Shown: positions 45,829-59,548 of the stretch, in pieces
Layout: each line of letters opens with the position of its first letter
Position numbering within the stretch: the first letter of the stretch is position 1
From: Chrysomallon squamiferum
Lineage: Eukaryota > Animalia > Mollusca
DNA: 64,000 bases
Direction of reading: 5' to 3'
Assembly (NCBI GenBank): GCA_012295275.1
Contig: CM022668.1
Location: forward strand, 2,604,001-2,668,000
The notes under the pieces: model-generated
The model's database searches: none
Told to the model about the DNA's origin: nothing
What the model saw: only the letters and a program-made list of their open reading frames with translations
Translations under genes and position numbers: made by a program

Positions 45829-46199
45829 TTCTTAAATCTTTTTGTCTTCTTTTCAGAAGCATGTTAAACTATTATTATCATTATTGTTCTTGCTTCTTCT
45901 TTGTTCAATCACTTGATTTGATTTTCCTCTCTGCTAGCTTGCTACTTTCAAAGTGAAAGACAAGAATTAAAAACGTAACATAATAACGTTTTCCTGGCTG
46001 TGTGTTTGTTCAAGTACTTGACAGATGACATTGCAAAGTGGATAATCTGTTACCAGGTTGGAATGACATGTATTATTAGACTGTTAGTACGCGCGAGGAC
46101 ATACAATATTGATTTATATTACACGAGGCTTTACGACTGTCACATGCACTGACAGTATCATCCGAGTTCAAGCAAAGTAAATACTGTATTAGTAAAGGA

Positions 46200-46359
46200 T
46201 ATTTATTTATTTTTTCATTATATTTTGATTTATTTATGTATTTATTTATGTATTTATTTATTTATATTTATTTATTTATTATTTTTTATTTATTTATTTA
46301 TTTATTTATTTATTATATTTTTATTAATTATTTATTTATTTATTATTTGTTATTTATTT

Positions 46360-46415
<56 letters not shown>

Positions 46416-46460
46416 TTATATTTTATTTATTTATGTATTTATTTATTATTTGTTCATTAT
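46200..46460. repeat. (TTTA)n microsatellite
   Basis: Direct inspection. Confidence 0.9.
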
Positions 46461-47127
46461 ATTATAGAAAGAAAGAGAAGATTAAAAAAAAAATCTATCT
46501 ATATTACTTTTATAAATATAATTATCCGTTTATTAATATACTTAACTATTCAGTATCCAAAAGTTGTTTTTTTAGCTGGTGTATTGTTAAACTTTACTAT
46601 TTCTTAATTCATTTCTTTCTATCCATCTTATTCATTTATTCATTACTTTTCATTCTTTTCTTTATTCATTTCTTCTTCATTCATTTCTTCTTTGTTCATT
46701 TCTTCTTCTGTCTTTGACAGTATCCTCTATAGCAGCATTGTCACGTAAAGGGAGATAACTCTTATGAGAATCTTCCTATTGTTAGCGTAAGTATACAGTT
46801 ATAATACTACTGTCAGAATGCTGTGTGTTTCATGGTGGCTTGATTGCGTTTTGTATAAAACTATACAACAATGGAGGGTGTGGATGTTTCAGCAAATGGC
46901 TGCAAATTTATGACATTTAATTTGTTCAAAATCTCACACTGTTGAATATTACCAGTGTTGAATATTACCAGTGTTGAATATTACCAGTCTGTAACTGTTT
47001 TTGTCTCTTAAAGGGAGTCACTCAGTGGTTTATAAATCGTTTCTCTTTTTTTTTTTTTTCTAGATACAAAGTAAAGTTTTGTTATGTGTTTATGTGTTGG
47101 AACATGACAAAACACATTTTAATTTTG

Positions 47128-47158
<31 letters not shown>

Positions 47159-47434
47159 TATAATTAATAATAATAATAATAATAATAAAATAAAACTCCC
47201 ATCATTTTTTTTTTTTTAAATATTTTATATATTTTAATGGGTACAAGATTTTTTAAATTTATTTTATTTACAAGTATTTAATTAATTTTTTAATTTTAAT
47301 TATTATAATTATAACAATTTTATTTATTTTATTAATTTATTTATTACTATCATTATCATTTATTTATTTACTTATTTATTATTGTTGTTATTGTTAGTAT
47401 TATTGTTCTTGTTCTTGTTATTATTATTACTATG

Positions 47435-47524
<90 letters not shown>

Positions 47525-48759
47525 TAATTAATTAATTATTATATTATATACCCAGTAACATACAAACAGAACATACTGTATATTTTTTAACACTCATTTA
47601 CATTGAGACTAGATTCACAACACTTCAGTGTTATTAATGACCAAATGCCATGTCCCAGTGCCATGAAGCTTTGCCTAATGTTCCGTACCGTAAGGTGTTA
47701 AACTTTGTATCCTGGCGTATTTGAAACTTGTGAAAGGTTCGCGTCTGTGATGTATTTTTATTGTTCAGCTAACATTATGAGTAATTACTGAGTGGTTAGT
47801 TTTATTAGCTGTTTATTTACTGTTTGTCTAATGATTTCAATCATGCCAGACTGAGTAATATGAGGTGTATGTGTTCACATTGTGTGTTTTATAGATTGCA
47901 GGATTAATTAATACAAAGTAAAAAAATTAATTAACAACAATTTTGATGTGTTATAAAGGGTAAGATTAATTAAATTTTATTTTAATACATGCTAGACCAA
48001 TTAAATTTTATTTTTCAAAACTAATTAACAAGATTTTAATATGAACTAATTAATACAATGTCAAACTAAGTAATACATTTCAAAACTAATTAACAAAATT
48101 TTAATATGCTGTTTACTGAGATGTTAAGTTCTTCAACTTTTTTTTTTTTCTTTTTCTGAAGATTATAATAAACTTTAATTTTCATTAAAATTAAGTTTAT
48201 TTTAAACTGTGACAGACAAGAGCAGACATATCGGAGACTAGTTGAGATTAGGAAGCAGCTGTAGATTAGCAGAAACTCTACCCAGAACTGTGCATGTTGT
48301 TATCACCATGCTGTTTAAACTGAAATATTTTATAGATATATATGAAGAACCAGCAAATTGCTGATATATATATATATATACACATACACACATACACATA
48401 TTCATACTGAGAATTAACTGTTTGTTTCAGTTCAGAAGACTATTTAAATAAGAATATTTTATTTTACGAGGGACAATATGAATATAAATACCTCCTTTAC
48501 CCCTGCCTCTATTTTGAGTGCAGTTCAACAGGAATATCAACTAATTATTTCTGAAGAGCTAGCTAACAGTGTCATGCATACCCCTCACCAGCCCAGAACT
48601 GTCCTGGTTGTTACACAGATTTGTGTAACAAACTAGAAGACAGAGGGTGTATACCTCTCCTGGAACTGTCTCTGCTTTGTTTGCTGTTCTGTTTAACAAT
48701 AACAATTTTATATAAGCTATCCAAACAGAATCATCCAAAAATAGTGAGTTGTATTAATA

Positions 48760-49300
48760 GACATCCACCCCCCCCACCCCACCCCACCCCACCCCACTAG
48801 AACTGCCCTGCCGTGCCGTTCCAACCGGGTGCTGCAAAATAACAAAATCAGTCTGTGTAGATATTTCTGTCCAGGAGAGGAACCGGTGTGGGTGGAGGTG
48901 TGTGGAGGAAGGGGGGGAGAGAGCATCCCACTATGATTGGAATTCACGATGATTGCAGCAGCGTTCACCATATAAAGAAACAGGATCTTACAGCCAGCCA
49001 GCCTGAGTTAGGTGGCTCCCTCTGTTGGGAATTAACACTAATGGGAGAGGGGGGCTCTGTTAGGGCTAACTGGAAGATTCGGGCAGCTGTTGAGTCTCAG
49101 AGAAAGTAAATTACGCAGAGTTTCGCTTGTTGTTGATAAGTTGGTGTGTTACGGAAGCCATTTTCTCTCTCTCTCTCGTTTGATTAGCTCTGAGGTCTTC
49201 ACTGGTGGCTTTCACTGGCGGCTTTCCTCGGCTTTCCTCAGCTTTTCAAGGGCAGGTTCCAGTTTGCCGGCCGTTTTCTTACTGTGTAAATAACCATTAG
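48760..49300. promoter_or_regulatory. GC/CpG-rich island, putative promoter or enhancer
   Basis: CCCCACCCC (Sp/KLF-like) runs, retained CpGs and ACGGAAGCCATTTT (ETS+YY1-like) at 49151-49164. No convincing ORF. Confidence 0.45.
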
Positions 49301-49410
49301 TGTTTCTTTTTCTCGTTTTTACAACACGAAATAATAGTAGTTGTGTGTTGGTTTTTTCTTCTGCAGGTTTTCTGAAAGAGTTTAGTTGTATTGTTATTCT
49401 ATGTTGTTTA

Positions 49411-49441
<31 letters not shown>

Positions 49442-49671
49442 GAATTGTTTCATGTAATTTAATTTAATTTTATTTATTTATTTATTTATTTTTTTTTTTT
49501 TTTTTTTATGTTATATATTTTTACTTTTTTTTTCAATTATTTTATATTCATTTTTATTAAAAGAAATTAAATTTATTTTTAAAATTTTATTTATTTTGCG
49601 TTATTATTTTTGTTATTGTTCTTATTATTATCTTCATTATTATTTTTCTTTTTTTTCTTCTTCTTCTTCTT

Positions 49672-49736
<65 letters not shown>

Positions 49737-50109
49737 TAGAATGTTATACATTACTATAACTTATAAATGTTAATTTATTTTATTTTTTTGTTATTTTTGT
49801 TTGTCTTAAATATCAGGCCTTGAACTCACAAATAAACAGAACTTTATACATTTTTAAACTGAAGTCCTCTCAGAAACCTAATAAATAATTTCATTAAACA
49901 ATAAAAACAACAAAACAAAACATGATATATAAATTATAATGATTTACTGTCTTTATCTCAAAAAAAAATAAAAAAAAAAAAAAAAAAAAAAAATATTAAT
50001 AATAAAAAATAATAATAATTATGATAAATACATAATGAGGTTAACACAGAATTATTTTCACTTTCTCCTTGCACCTATTTGTATACCTGTAACCTCGTCC
50101 AAGTACAGC

Positions 50110-50260
50110 GAGGCCCTGATTGGGTGGCGCTAATAGAGTGGAGAGATAATGAGAAGTTAAGACTTGGGAGGTTATCAGTTGTTCGGAAACTAAGGACAAG
50201 ATTAAACTGACCTCTTCTTGGTGGAGTTCAATTTCTGGTTTCGATTTCGTACAGGTATGT
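50110..50260 (+). promoter_or_regulatory. Candidate promoter plus non-coding first exon
   Basis: CTGATTGG (reverse CCAAT) at 50116-50123, Inr-like TCAGTT at 50175-50180 about 55 bp downstream, strong donor CAG|GTATGT at 50255, retained CpGs. Confidence 0.35.
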
Positions 50261-50765
50261 TTGTCTTTGATCTCAGACTCGTTACAGGTAAAAAAAATTA
50301 AAAAAAAAATTAAATAAAGATGCATGTTTTTTTTTTTTTTTCTTCGTGGTAATATCTACACAAGTTTGTCTGGATTCTGTTACTAATGGATGTTTCATTG
50401 TCTGCCCTCCATCTTGAGAGAGCAGATCACAGACTGTTCAAACTATTTTGTTTTTAAACTTGTCTTTGTGTCTGTTTGTCTTTGAATTGTGTTGTTTGAC
50501 AAGTTTTCTAATGTTAGAAATCACAGGAAGGTTTCAGTTTTTTAAATGTTTCAGTCAGTTCTAAATGTTTAGCATTTTTTTCTTAAACATTTCCATAACT
50601 GTATCTGCCTACATTCATCTTTCCCTGTCCTTCTGTCTTTCTCTCTCTCTGTCTCTCTCTGTCTGTCCTTCTTTCTCTCTCTCATTCTTCTCTTTGTCTG
50701 TCCTTGTTTCTCTCTCTCTCTCTCCCTCTTTTTCTCTCTCTCTCTCTTTCTGTCTCTCTCTCTGT

Positions 50766-50848
<83 letters not shown>

Positions 50849-51174
50849 ATCTTTTATTCTCAGTTTTTCCTCCTTATTCCTGACATCACTTTTCTTTCGT
50901 TCTTTATTTCATTCATTTTCTCTTTTTCTTTTTCTCTGTTGTTTAACCCTTTCACCTTCTTTCCCTACACAGTGGTTAGAACTCTTCCTAATTTCCCTCT
51001 TGAACGTGACAGGTCAGCTTTTCAGTTCACCCTGACAGATTTTATATCTGCCCCCAATTCACATCTGTAACCCACATAAAGATGATAGCTGTGTCTCTGA
51101 ATTTCTCCTTCTTCATACTTTTTTTTATCTTTGGTTTTTAGATCTTTCCCTTTAACAACTACTGAAGCTGCCTT

Positions 51175-51740
51175 GGTATTCCCTAAACATTTAAATCAGT
51201 TTGATATTCCACTTAAACTCTGAATATTCCCCATTACATTTACAAATCAGCTCTAAATTCCCCATTGCCTTGAATATTTCCCCAAACATTTACTAAATCA
51301 GCTCTGAATATTCCCCATTACATTTGAACATTCCCCATTACAAAAATCAGCTCTAAATATTCCCCATTACATTTACTAAATCTAGCTCTGAATATTCCCC
51401 ATTATTATATTTACATATCACTCTGAATATCCCCATTACTTTACTGAATATTCCCCAATTACATTTACTAAATCAGCTCTGAATATTCCCCATTACATTT
51501 ACTAAATCTACTCTGAATATTCCCCATTACATTTACTAAATCAGCTCTGAATATTCCCCATTACATTTACTAAATCAGCTCTGAATATTCCCCATTACAT
51601 TTACTAAATCTTCCCTGAATATTCCCCATTACATTTACTAAATCAGCTCTTTCCCCATTAACATTCCCCCATTAATTTACAAAATTTAAATATTCCCCAT
51701 TACATTTACTAAATCTTCCCCAGAACATTCCCCTTTAACA
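51175..51740. repeat. 34-bp minisatellite TCTGAATATTCCCCATTACATTTACTAAATCAGC, ~14 copies, some degenerate
   Basis: Period 34 (51546 and 51580). Confidence 0.9.
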
Positions 51741-53996
51741 ATTTAACTTCATCTGTCCTGAACAACTTTCTCCTTTGCGGCTGTGAGCTGAAAAACAAAG
51801 TTAGGTGTGGAAAAATAATCACACCTGAAACACGCTGCCAGTGAAATGTTATCAGCAGATTTTCCTGTAAAATAAATTACAACAAAGTTTTGTGTGGACT
51901 AAGCAGGCAAAGCCCACTGTTACTATGGAAATTTTTGTCATGGATGTTTACTCAGTCCTTAGCTTTTTCTCTTGAAACCCTGGCCCGACTTGCCTGTCAC
52001 TCGTTTGCCTGTGTGTGTGTGTGTGTGTGTATTATGTTCAACAAACTCCGTAGTCAGGGATAACACTTATTTATCCTTATCGGTAATCCCCGGATAATGC
52101 TGTGCATTGAGGATAAGTGCTATGAAATAACAGTTTTTATTACACCTTTGATGTGAGCCTGTATCGCTGATAGACACCAGATACATTTGTTGTTAAAGAT
52201 TGTTTACTTCACACCTATGTCTTGTCGGTTCGGTGTGAAATTAGTCAGTTCTGTACCTGATTACATTAATTTTGTACTTGAGTTACTTTGTTATAGCACT
52301 TGATCTGTGTGCTTTGTTCACTTAATTGTAGACAAGACACACGCCCACTCCCCCACACAGATATCTTTATATCAACACACACACAGTGGATACTGGATAT
52401 TATGTTTGATAATTTTATTAATTTATTTATTTATTTATACAATTATTTAAATTATAAATTTAATTTAATTTAGTATATTTCTTTATTCTTTTGAGAAAAA
52501 AAAAACAGGAAAAAAAAAACCAAATTTATGTTTTCTAAATGATTCTACAACAGGTTTGAAGACAAATATTTCGGAGCACAATTTTTCCCATTCTTGAAAG
52601 TTGATCAGCCACATTTGACAGTTCATTGTTTTTCCAAAACCTCAAAATGTGACTTTTGACATCAGTAAGAATATTTGGTTTCACTTTTCACACATCTGTG
52701 TGAATTTTAAACTGATGTGTGCATGTTTTTTCACACTTGAATTCACTCACCTGTCCACGCACGCACATGTTTTTCTCATACCGGACAGTTAGTTATCTCC
52801 TGGTTTTTTTTGTTTTTTAACACTAAGTGAAACTTGTCAGATTCAGTTCTGTCTGTTTCTGTGGTTCTCATAAAGCTGAAACTAAAAATCTTTCTGTCAT
52901 ATGTTAATAAAAAATAAAATCAAAGAAAAGAAATAATAAAATTTTTGTTTTTAGAACTTTTGAAAACTAATTTTTTCAACTTATTCTGAGTTACAAGTGT
53001 ATGTAAAACATATAATATCAGTAATTGTTTTTCTCTGCTTTGTTTGCTTGTTTGTGTTTTAGTGTGTTTCTGTGTTCTTGTTTTTGTGTTTTGTATGTGT
53101 TTGTTTGTGTGTGTGTATGTTTATATGTATGTATGTGTGTGTTTCTGACCAAGAATGAATGGTTACAAAATATATAAAACTTGACACTTCTCAGCAATTA
53201 AATACCATTCCAACCCTTGTCTCACATATCTCACCGACAAATGAAAAAAGACTCAGAAGAATGTTGTTGGCAGATGAACAGATCTGGCTTATTGTTATGT
53301 CAGAAATAACACAGGTTTGGCATTCAGCAGTAATATCGTATTTTTAGAAAAAAAACAAACAAACAACAAAAATTAACCATTTATTTTACCACAAGGAAAT
53401 TATGACTGGTATGAAAAATACAGATGTCAAATAAAAAATTTAATTTCTTCATCTTTCCATGTTTTGGGAATTTTTAATCTGAATTTAAAATATCTGGTCT
53501 TGTTCACGTAAATTTTATATCCTTTATTATTAAGAAAGTATTAGTGTTTACAATATAAACCCAATTAACACAAACAGTCGTTTCATTACCATATCATTAA
53601 CATAATATTAATATATCATTAACATAATATTAACATGTCATTAGCATGTCATTAACATATCATTAACATGTTATTAAAATGATATCAACATGATATTAAA
53701 ATACATTAACATGTTTTGCCACACATTCGGTATAAAGAAGTGCACTGTTGATGTAAGCCAGTCTCTAGCGTCTGTCAGCATTTTCTCCTAAAATAGAACT
53801 GCGTGCGTGCATTTTTCACTTTGTGACATTTTTAGCAGACACACAGACAGGTTTCTGATCTAAAAATAGTTTGAAACATCGTCACAGTCTTTCTGATAAA
53901 AGATTGAGTGGGTGCTTGTCTAGTTTTGATGTTTGTACAGACTTGCAGTTTGTTCCTGTCCTTGTACTAAATTTAAAAAAAAAAATAATATTCAAG

Positions 53997-54027
<31 letters not shown>

Positions 54028-54246
54028 ATTGCTATCTATTTGTTTAATATCATGCAACTTTTTGTTAACAAAACAAAACAAAAATAAAAAAAAATAAATA
54101 AAAAAATAGAATACAATAAATAAATAAATAATAAAAATAAAGTAAATAAATAAAAGGTAAATATAAAATAGAATAGAATAAAATAAAAATAAAAAACTCA
54201 AAGGTTTGAAAGATGACATTATTTATAGTAGTAGTATTACTACAGC

Positions 54247-54283
<37 letters not shown>

Positions 54284-54748
54284 TCAATATTAGCATTAAC
54301 ATCAGTATTAGTAGTGGCAGTATTAATAAATACAATTCTAGCAGTGGTAGTAGTTGCAGTAGTTATGGTATTTGTACCAATATAGTTGTTGTAGTTGTTG
54401 TTGTGTTAATATGGAGCTGTAGTATTAAAATAAGATGCAGGTAGGTGTGGAATGTTGTCAGACAGGTAAAACATGTAACTCACTCTGAGTTATCGCTGTC
54501 TCGTATCTGTGTACTCAAAACACTCTTTGCCTCTTAGGCTGTAGGATCAACTCTGCCAAATTCTTTACGTGAGGTTTTTACATTGTTAAATAAAATATTT
54601 TTTTATTTTAATTTTTAATCTTATGTTTTCTTAACATTTGATTAATTAATTCTTAAATTATTTCTTATTTGTCATCTGATATCACACAGATATATAAATT
54701 AATCATAATTATTACTAAATATACAGTGTACCATATATTTAGTTATAT

Positions 54749-54785
<37 letters not shown>

Positions 54786-55237
54786 GCAACTTTATATGAA
54801 TTGTAGATATATATATATATATATATACACACACATAGTGTGATTTTATTACACACACACACACAAACACAAATACATATATAATACATTTATAATTGTT
54901 ACGTGTTTAATGTGTATGACGTAACACTGATAATACTTAACAGCTCTTTATTACTGGCCTTTAGCCAGAACTCTTCAGCTGAGAGGTAAAAAGGTCGCTG
55001 CAGGTGAAGATGAGATTGTCAGAGTGGTTGTTGTATAAGAGGAGTAGATGTGGTCTCAGTGAGGACAGAGAGATTGTGTCATGTGGAATATTTAAGATAT
55101 TACACAGCTCCACACTGTTAGTCATGTAACACTTGATGTGTTGATAGTTTATGTACGTCTTGATTGGCATGTTTGTGTGTGTGTGTGTGTGTGTTTGTAT
55201 TTATGTGAGAGTGTTTGTGTATGTGTGTGACTGTACT

Positions 55238-55283
<46 letters not shown>

Positions 55284-55981
55284 TATTTATGTGAGAGTGT
55301 TTGTGTATGTGTGTGACTGTACTGGTGTGTGTGTGTGTAGGGTGGTGGTGGTGTTTCTGTCTGTATGTTTGTGTAGTTTGGTTTAGAGTACAGGTTTGTT
55401 GAATAGCATTGGTGGATATGTGTATTTGTCTGTGTGTCTGTGTGTGTGTAATAACTATATTGTTAATGTGTTTATATGTGAAAGTATATGTTTTACATCT
55501 TTGTTGTATATATGTCTGTCTGTCTGTCAGTCTGTTGATATACCCACTCATGCAATAAAGCATATTCTCACAGATTTAGTCTTTGCTGTGAAAAAGCAAT
55601 TAACTGAACAATATATTCTCACACTTTGAAGTGTGACATATGACTGATATTTCCAGGGTGGTGTTTAATATTTCTGTTTAATGACTAGGAAATATTCAAC
55701 TTAGTTACAGTGTTACAGGAAGTCTTTCTGACCTTGACATTAGTGCTGCTACTTTTCTTACTTCTTCACTGAAGAGCTTTATTCCTAATTACTTGTTTCT
55801 TTTCTTTTTTTTCTGATTTTTCTTTTCAATTATGCCTCTTTTTTTTTGTTCTTGTTGTTGTTCATTTGTTTCAAGTGTGTTTTTAGTGTAAGTGATTTGA
55901 AATGTGTGTTTACAAGTAGGACTTTATAGTCAGACTTGTTAATGTAATTACTGTTATATTTAGATTTAGTTATTAAAATAA

Positions 55982-56019
<38 letters not shown>

Positions 56020-56925
56020 AAACTGTAGTAGTAGTAGTAATAAGAAGTAATTGTTGTACTAGTAGTGATATTAGTGTTAGTAGTTTTTGTAGTAGTGGTG
56101 GTAGTTGTAGTAGTAGTAGTAGTAGTGGTAATGGCAGCAGCAGCAGTAGTAGTAGTAGTTGTTAGTATTATCATTATTTTTATTATTATTAGTTCTAATA
56201 GTAACAGTAATAACAAAAAGATAAAAACAATTTTTACAATAATAACAATAATGACTAACAACAACAAATATAAAAAAATAACAACAATATCAACAACAAC
56301 AACAAAATAATAATAAAAACAACAACCACAACATTATACAAAAAAACAAACAAACTTAAAAAAAAAAAAGCCACCGTACCATAAAAAAAACAGACCAAAC
56401 TTTAATGACCCTTCTCATTTCACTTTCATTTTTCTCTTCCATCTCTTTCATCTTAACAACTATTAACCCCGTCTCATTTTTCTTCTGCCATTATGAAATA
56501 ATAAAAAATAATTATTAATTTTACACCTCACTGTTTTGTTTCTCATTTTCTCCTGCTTCCTGCCGATTTCACCCCCCCTCCCCCGTTTATTACTCAGTGA
56601 GTTTTCCAGTGACTCAGAACTCACTGGCGTGGTTCCAGTCAATTGTTTTTAGCTTGCATTGTCCTCTTTCCAGGAAAAGATGAGGTTTTTGATGATCAAA
56701 ATAACGTGTTAGTCACCAGTCAGTGATATTAAATTGTGGAGATTTCTAAATTAAAATCCGTGTTTTTATCGTTCGTTTAATCTGAAATCTGCGGCAGGCA
56801 GACAGGCTGGGCTGTGTCTGGGTGCCAGGAGTTTGTGATTAGATTTCTAGAAAATTAAAATAAATTAATGATGTCAGTTATATTAATAAAAGTTGTATTA
56901 ATAATGATGATATTAATGATGATGG

Positions 56926-56956
<31 letters not shown>

Positions 56957-57984
56957 AATAATAAAAATGATGACGATAACAATAGCAGTAGTAGTAGTAG
57001 TATTAATAATAATATAATAATAATGATAATAATAGTAGCAGTACTAGTATTAGTAATATTAATGATAGTTATAGTAGTAGTAGTAGTGATACTAATAAAT
57101 ATAGTAATGACAGTAATAACTATACTGATAATAACAGCAATCATAATAACTGCAGTTTCCCAGTTGACTTTGTACGTTCATTAATAAAGACAGAGATGGG
57201 AAACTTTGTTAACCACAAAAATGTTGTAGGAAATTTCATCTGTCCTGTTACAACTGTCTGTCTGTCTGTCTGTTTTACTGAAACATCAAACACTGAACCA
57301 CTGTATTGTGAGTTCATACAATATGTTCTGTATACCACACACAACCAGTAACCTATCTGAATTACCACACCTCAAGATACTTGAAATATTGTAAAATTAA
57401 TAAACCTTTGTCTTATAGGAAATGTGGTGGTTTTTGGTTTTGAGTGGGTTTTTCCGAATATTGCTCATTGAAAGAATGGTCAGTTTTATATCTCATTTTC
57501 TTTAATTTCAATTTCTCAGTTGTAATTTCTGTTTCTCAATATTAATGTCCACTTCACTTTTAGTTTCAGTTTGTTAGTTTTAATTTTAATTATGTTTCAT
57601 TATAACAAAATAATTATTAAGATACTGAAACTGTATTACACAGACAAATATCAGATTCTGAAACAAGAAGAATTCCTGGTTACACTAGGAAGTCATGACA
57701 TACGTGGTGTATTATTCACACAGGGGACGTGTATATATATATATATGTAATATACAGACTGTATGCAACAACATGTAACAAACTCTGAGTATTCCATCTC
57801 ACAGACAATTTCCTATGTCAAGTGCAAACAGGTCAAGTTTCGACACTTGAAATAGGAAATAATTACGTGGTTAATTTTTATTTTAATACACTAATCACTC
57901 AGAGAGATGAATTGTTTTTCTCTTTCTTTCATCGTTTTGGTTGTTAGAGACAGAGGCCTGGTGATAATCACAGGCTTTGGTAAA

Positions 57985-58460
57985 CACACATCTGATGTAC
58001 TGAAGTATTGAGTAGATGCATCTGATGTACTGATTGAAGTACTGAGTAAATATCTAATGTACTGCAGTGTTGAGTGAATGCAACTGAAGTACTCACTGAA
58101 AAAGTACTGAGATACTGAGCGAAGATTTGGATAAACAGGCATTTGATGTATTGATGATGTATTGAGTGAATGCATCTGAAGTACTGACTGAATGTACATG
58201 AAGTACTGAGTAAAATACACATCTGATGTATTTCTGTGATGTACTGAGTTTGGTGTGAAGATTTTGGATAAATACACATTTGATGTTTTGAAGTATTCAG
58301 TGTATAATGCATCTCTGAAATATTGAGTAAATGCACATCTGATGTACTCTGTGAAGTACTGATATTAGTTGCAGTATTAAATACACTTCAGTACAAACAA
58401 TTACATGAAGTATAGTGAATCTGTAATGCACTGACTTGTATACTGAAGTACTCGTGTACC
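57985..58460. repeat. Degenerate repeat built from catctgatgtactga / gaagtactgagtaaat units
   Basis: Recurring catctga and gaagtactga motifs. Confidence 0.65.
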
Positions 58461-58559
58461 GACTGTTGTATATATATATCTATGTACTGTGTAGCAGTAC
58501 AGTATTAAAATAAGAACGTTTTTATAGTTTGTTTTCTGTGTTAATTTCTCACTGACAAA

Positions 58560-58628
58560 ATGAAGATCAAAGTGGAAGATCTGGATTATGAGGAGGTGTT
58601 GGAGATCTTTGAATATTACCTGGCTAAG
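58560..58628 (+). CDS. Putative alternative first coding exon MKIKVEDLDYEEVLEIFEYYLAK
   Basis: aaaATG start, 23 codons of purine-rich protein-like sequence, donor AAG|GTAAAA at 58629 in phase 0, followed directly by a T-rich intron-like tract. Confidence 0.55.
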
Positions 58629-59507
58629 GTAAAACATTTTTTTTTTTTTTTTAATTTTATTTTTATGTATGGATTTAAAACGGATTTTTGTATGGTATAC
58701 AAAATATGGTTTATTGCATAGATAAGTTTCTTATACAAGATTTAGAGAATTTATTTAAGTTAATTTGACACCAAAGATTTACCACACAGGTTGTAAAGTG
58801 TAGTGTACAGAGCTCACTGTGGTCCAGTATAATTACATGTGGTTTTTTGGCTGATCTGTTCAAATGATGATTGATTTCAATGAAATTCACATTTCTCTCG
58901 TTAATTCTACCTACTAAATCCTTTAATGGAAAACTTTAATATCACTTTTAAGTGTTAGAACTGTTTTACAGCTATGTACTTGATAAGATCAGTTTAGTAT
59001 AAACAGTTAAAAATTATTCTTTTAAGTTAGAACTGTATTTTAAATGTTCCCATTCCAGTCAGAGTTCTGTTAGTGGTTTGTCAAAGATGCTTGTGTTCTG
59101 TTGTCCATCATGTATTATTCTGTACCATTTTACATACTGATCCACTGTGTTTTTTATTAACTTGTATACTGGTCCAGTATTCCATGCTTACTGATCCACT
59201 GATCCAGTATCCTATGCTAAGTAATCCACTGATCCAGTATTTTGTAGAATGTTTAAATTTCAGTCTGTTGTGTGTTTATTGTTTCTGTGGACTTGTTGAG
59301 GTTTTCACCTATTGAAATGTTTGACACCTGCAGTCGTTAACTTTTGTTATATTTACTTAAAACATACACAGCACCTCCATTTATAACATACACACAGACA
59401 AATGTACATAAACACATGTACATACATGCCTACACACACACAATCTACCAAAACATACATTCTCACATACACATAACATATAACATGTACAAACACACAT
59501 ACACACA

Positions 59508-59548
<41 letters not shown>

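Noticed and set aside
49041-49109. MGEGGSVR... as another myristoylated start
   Set aside because: Glu at position 3 is unfavourable, the only donor is weak and phase 2, and the frame stops at 49107-49109.
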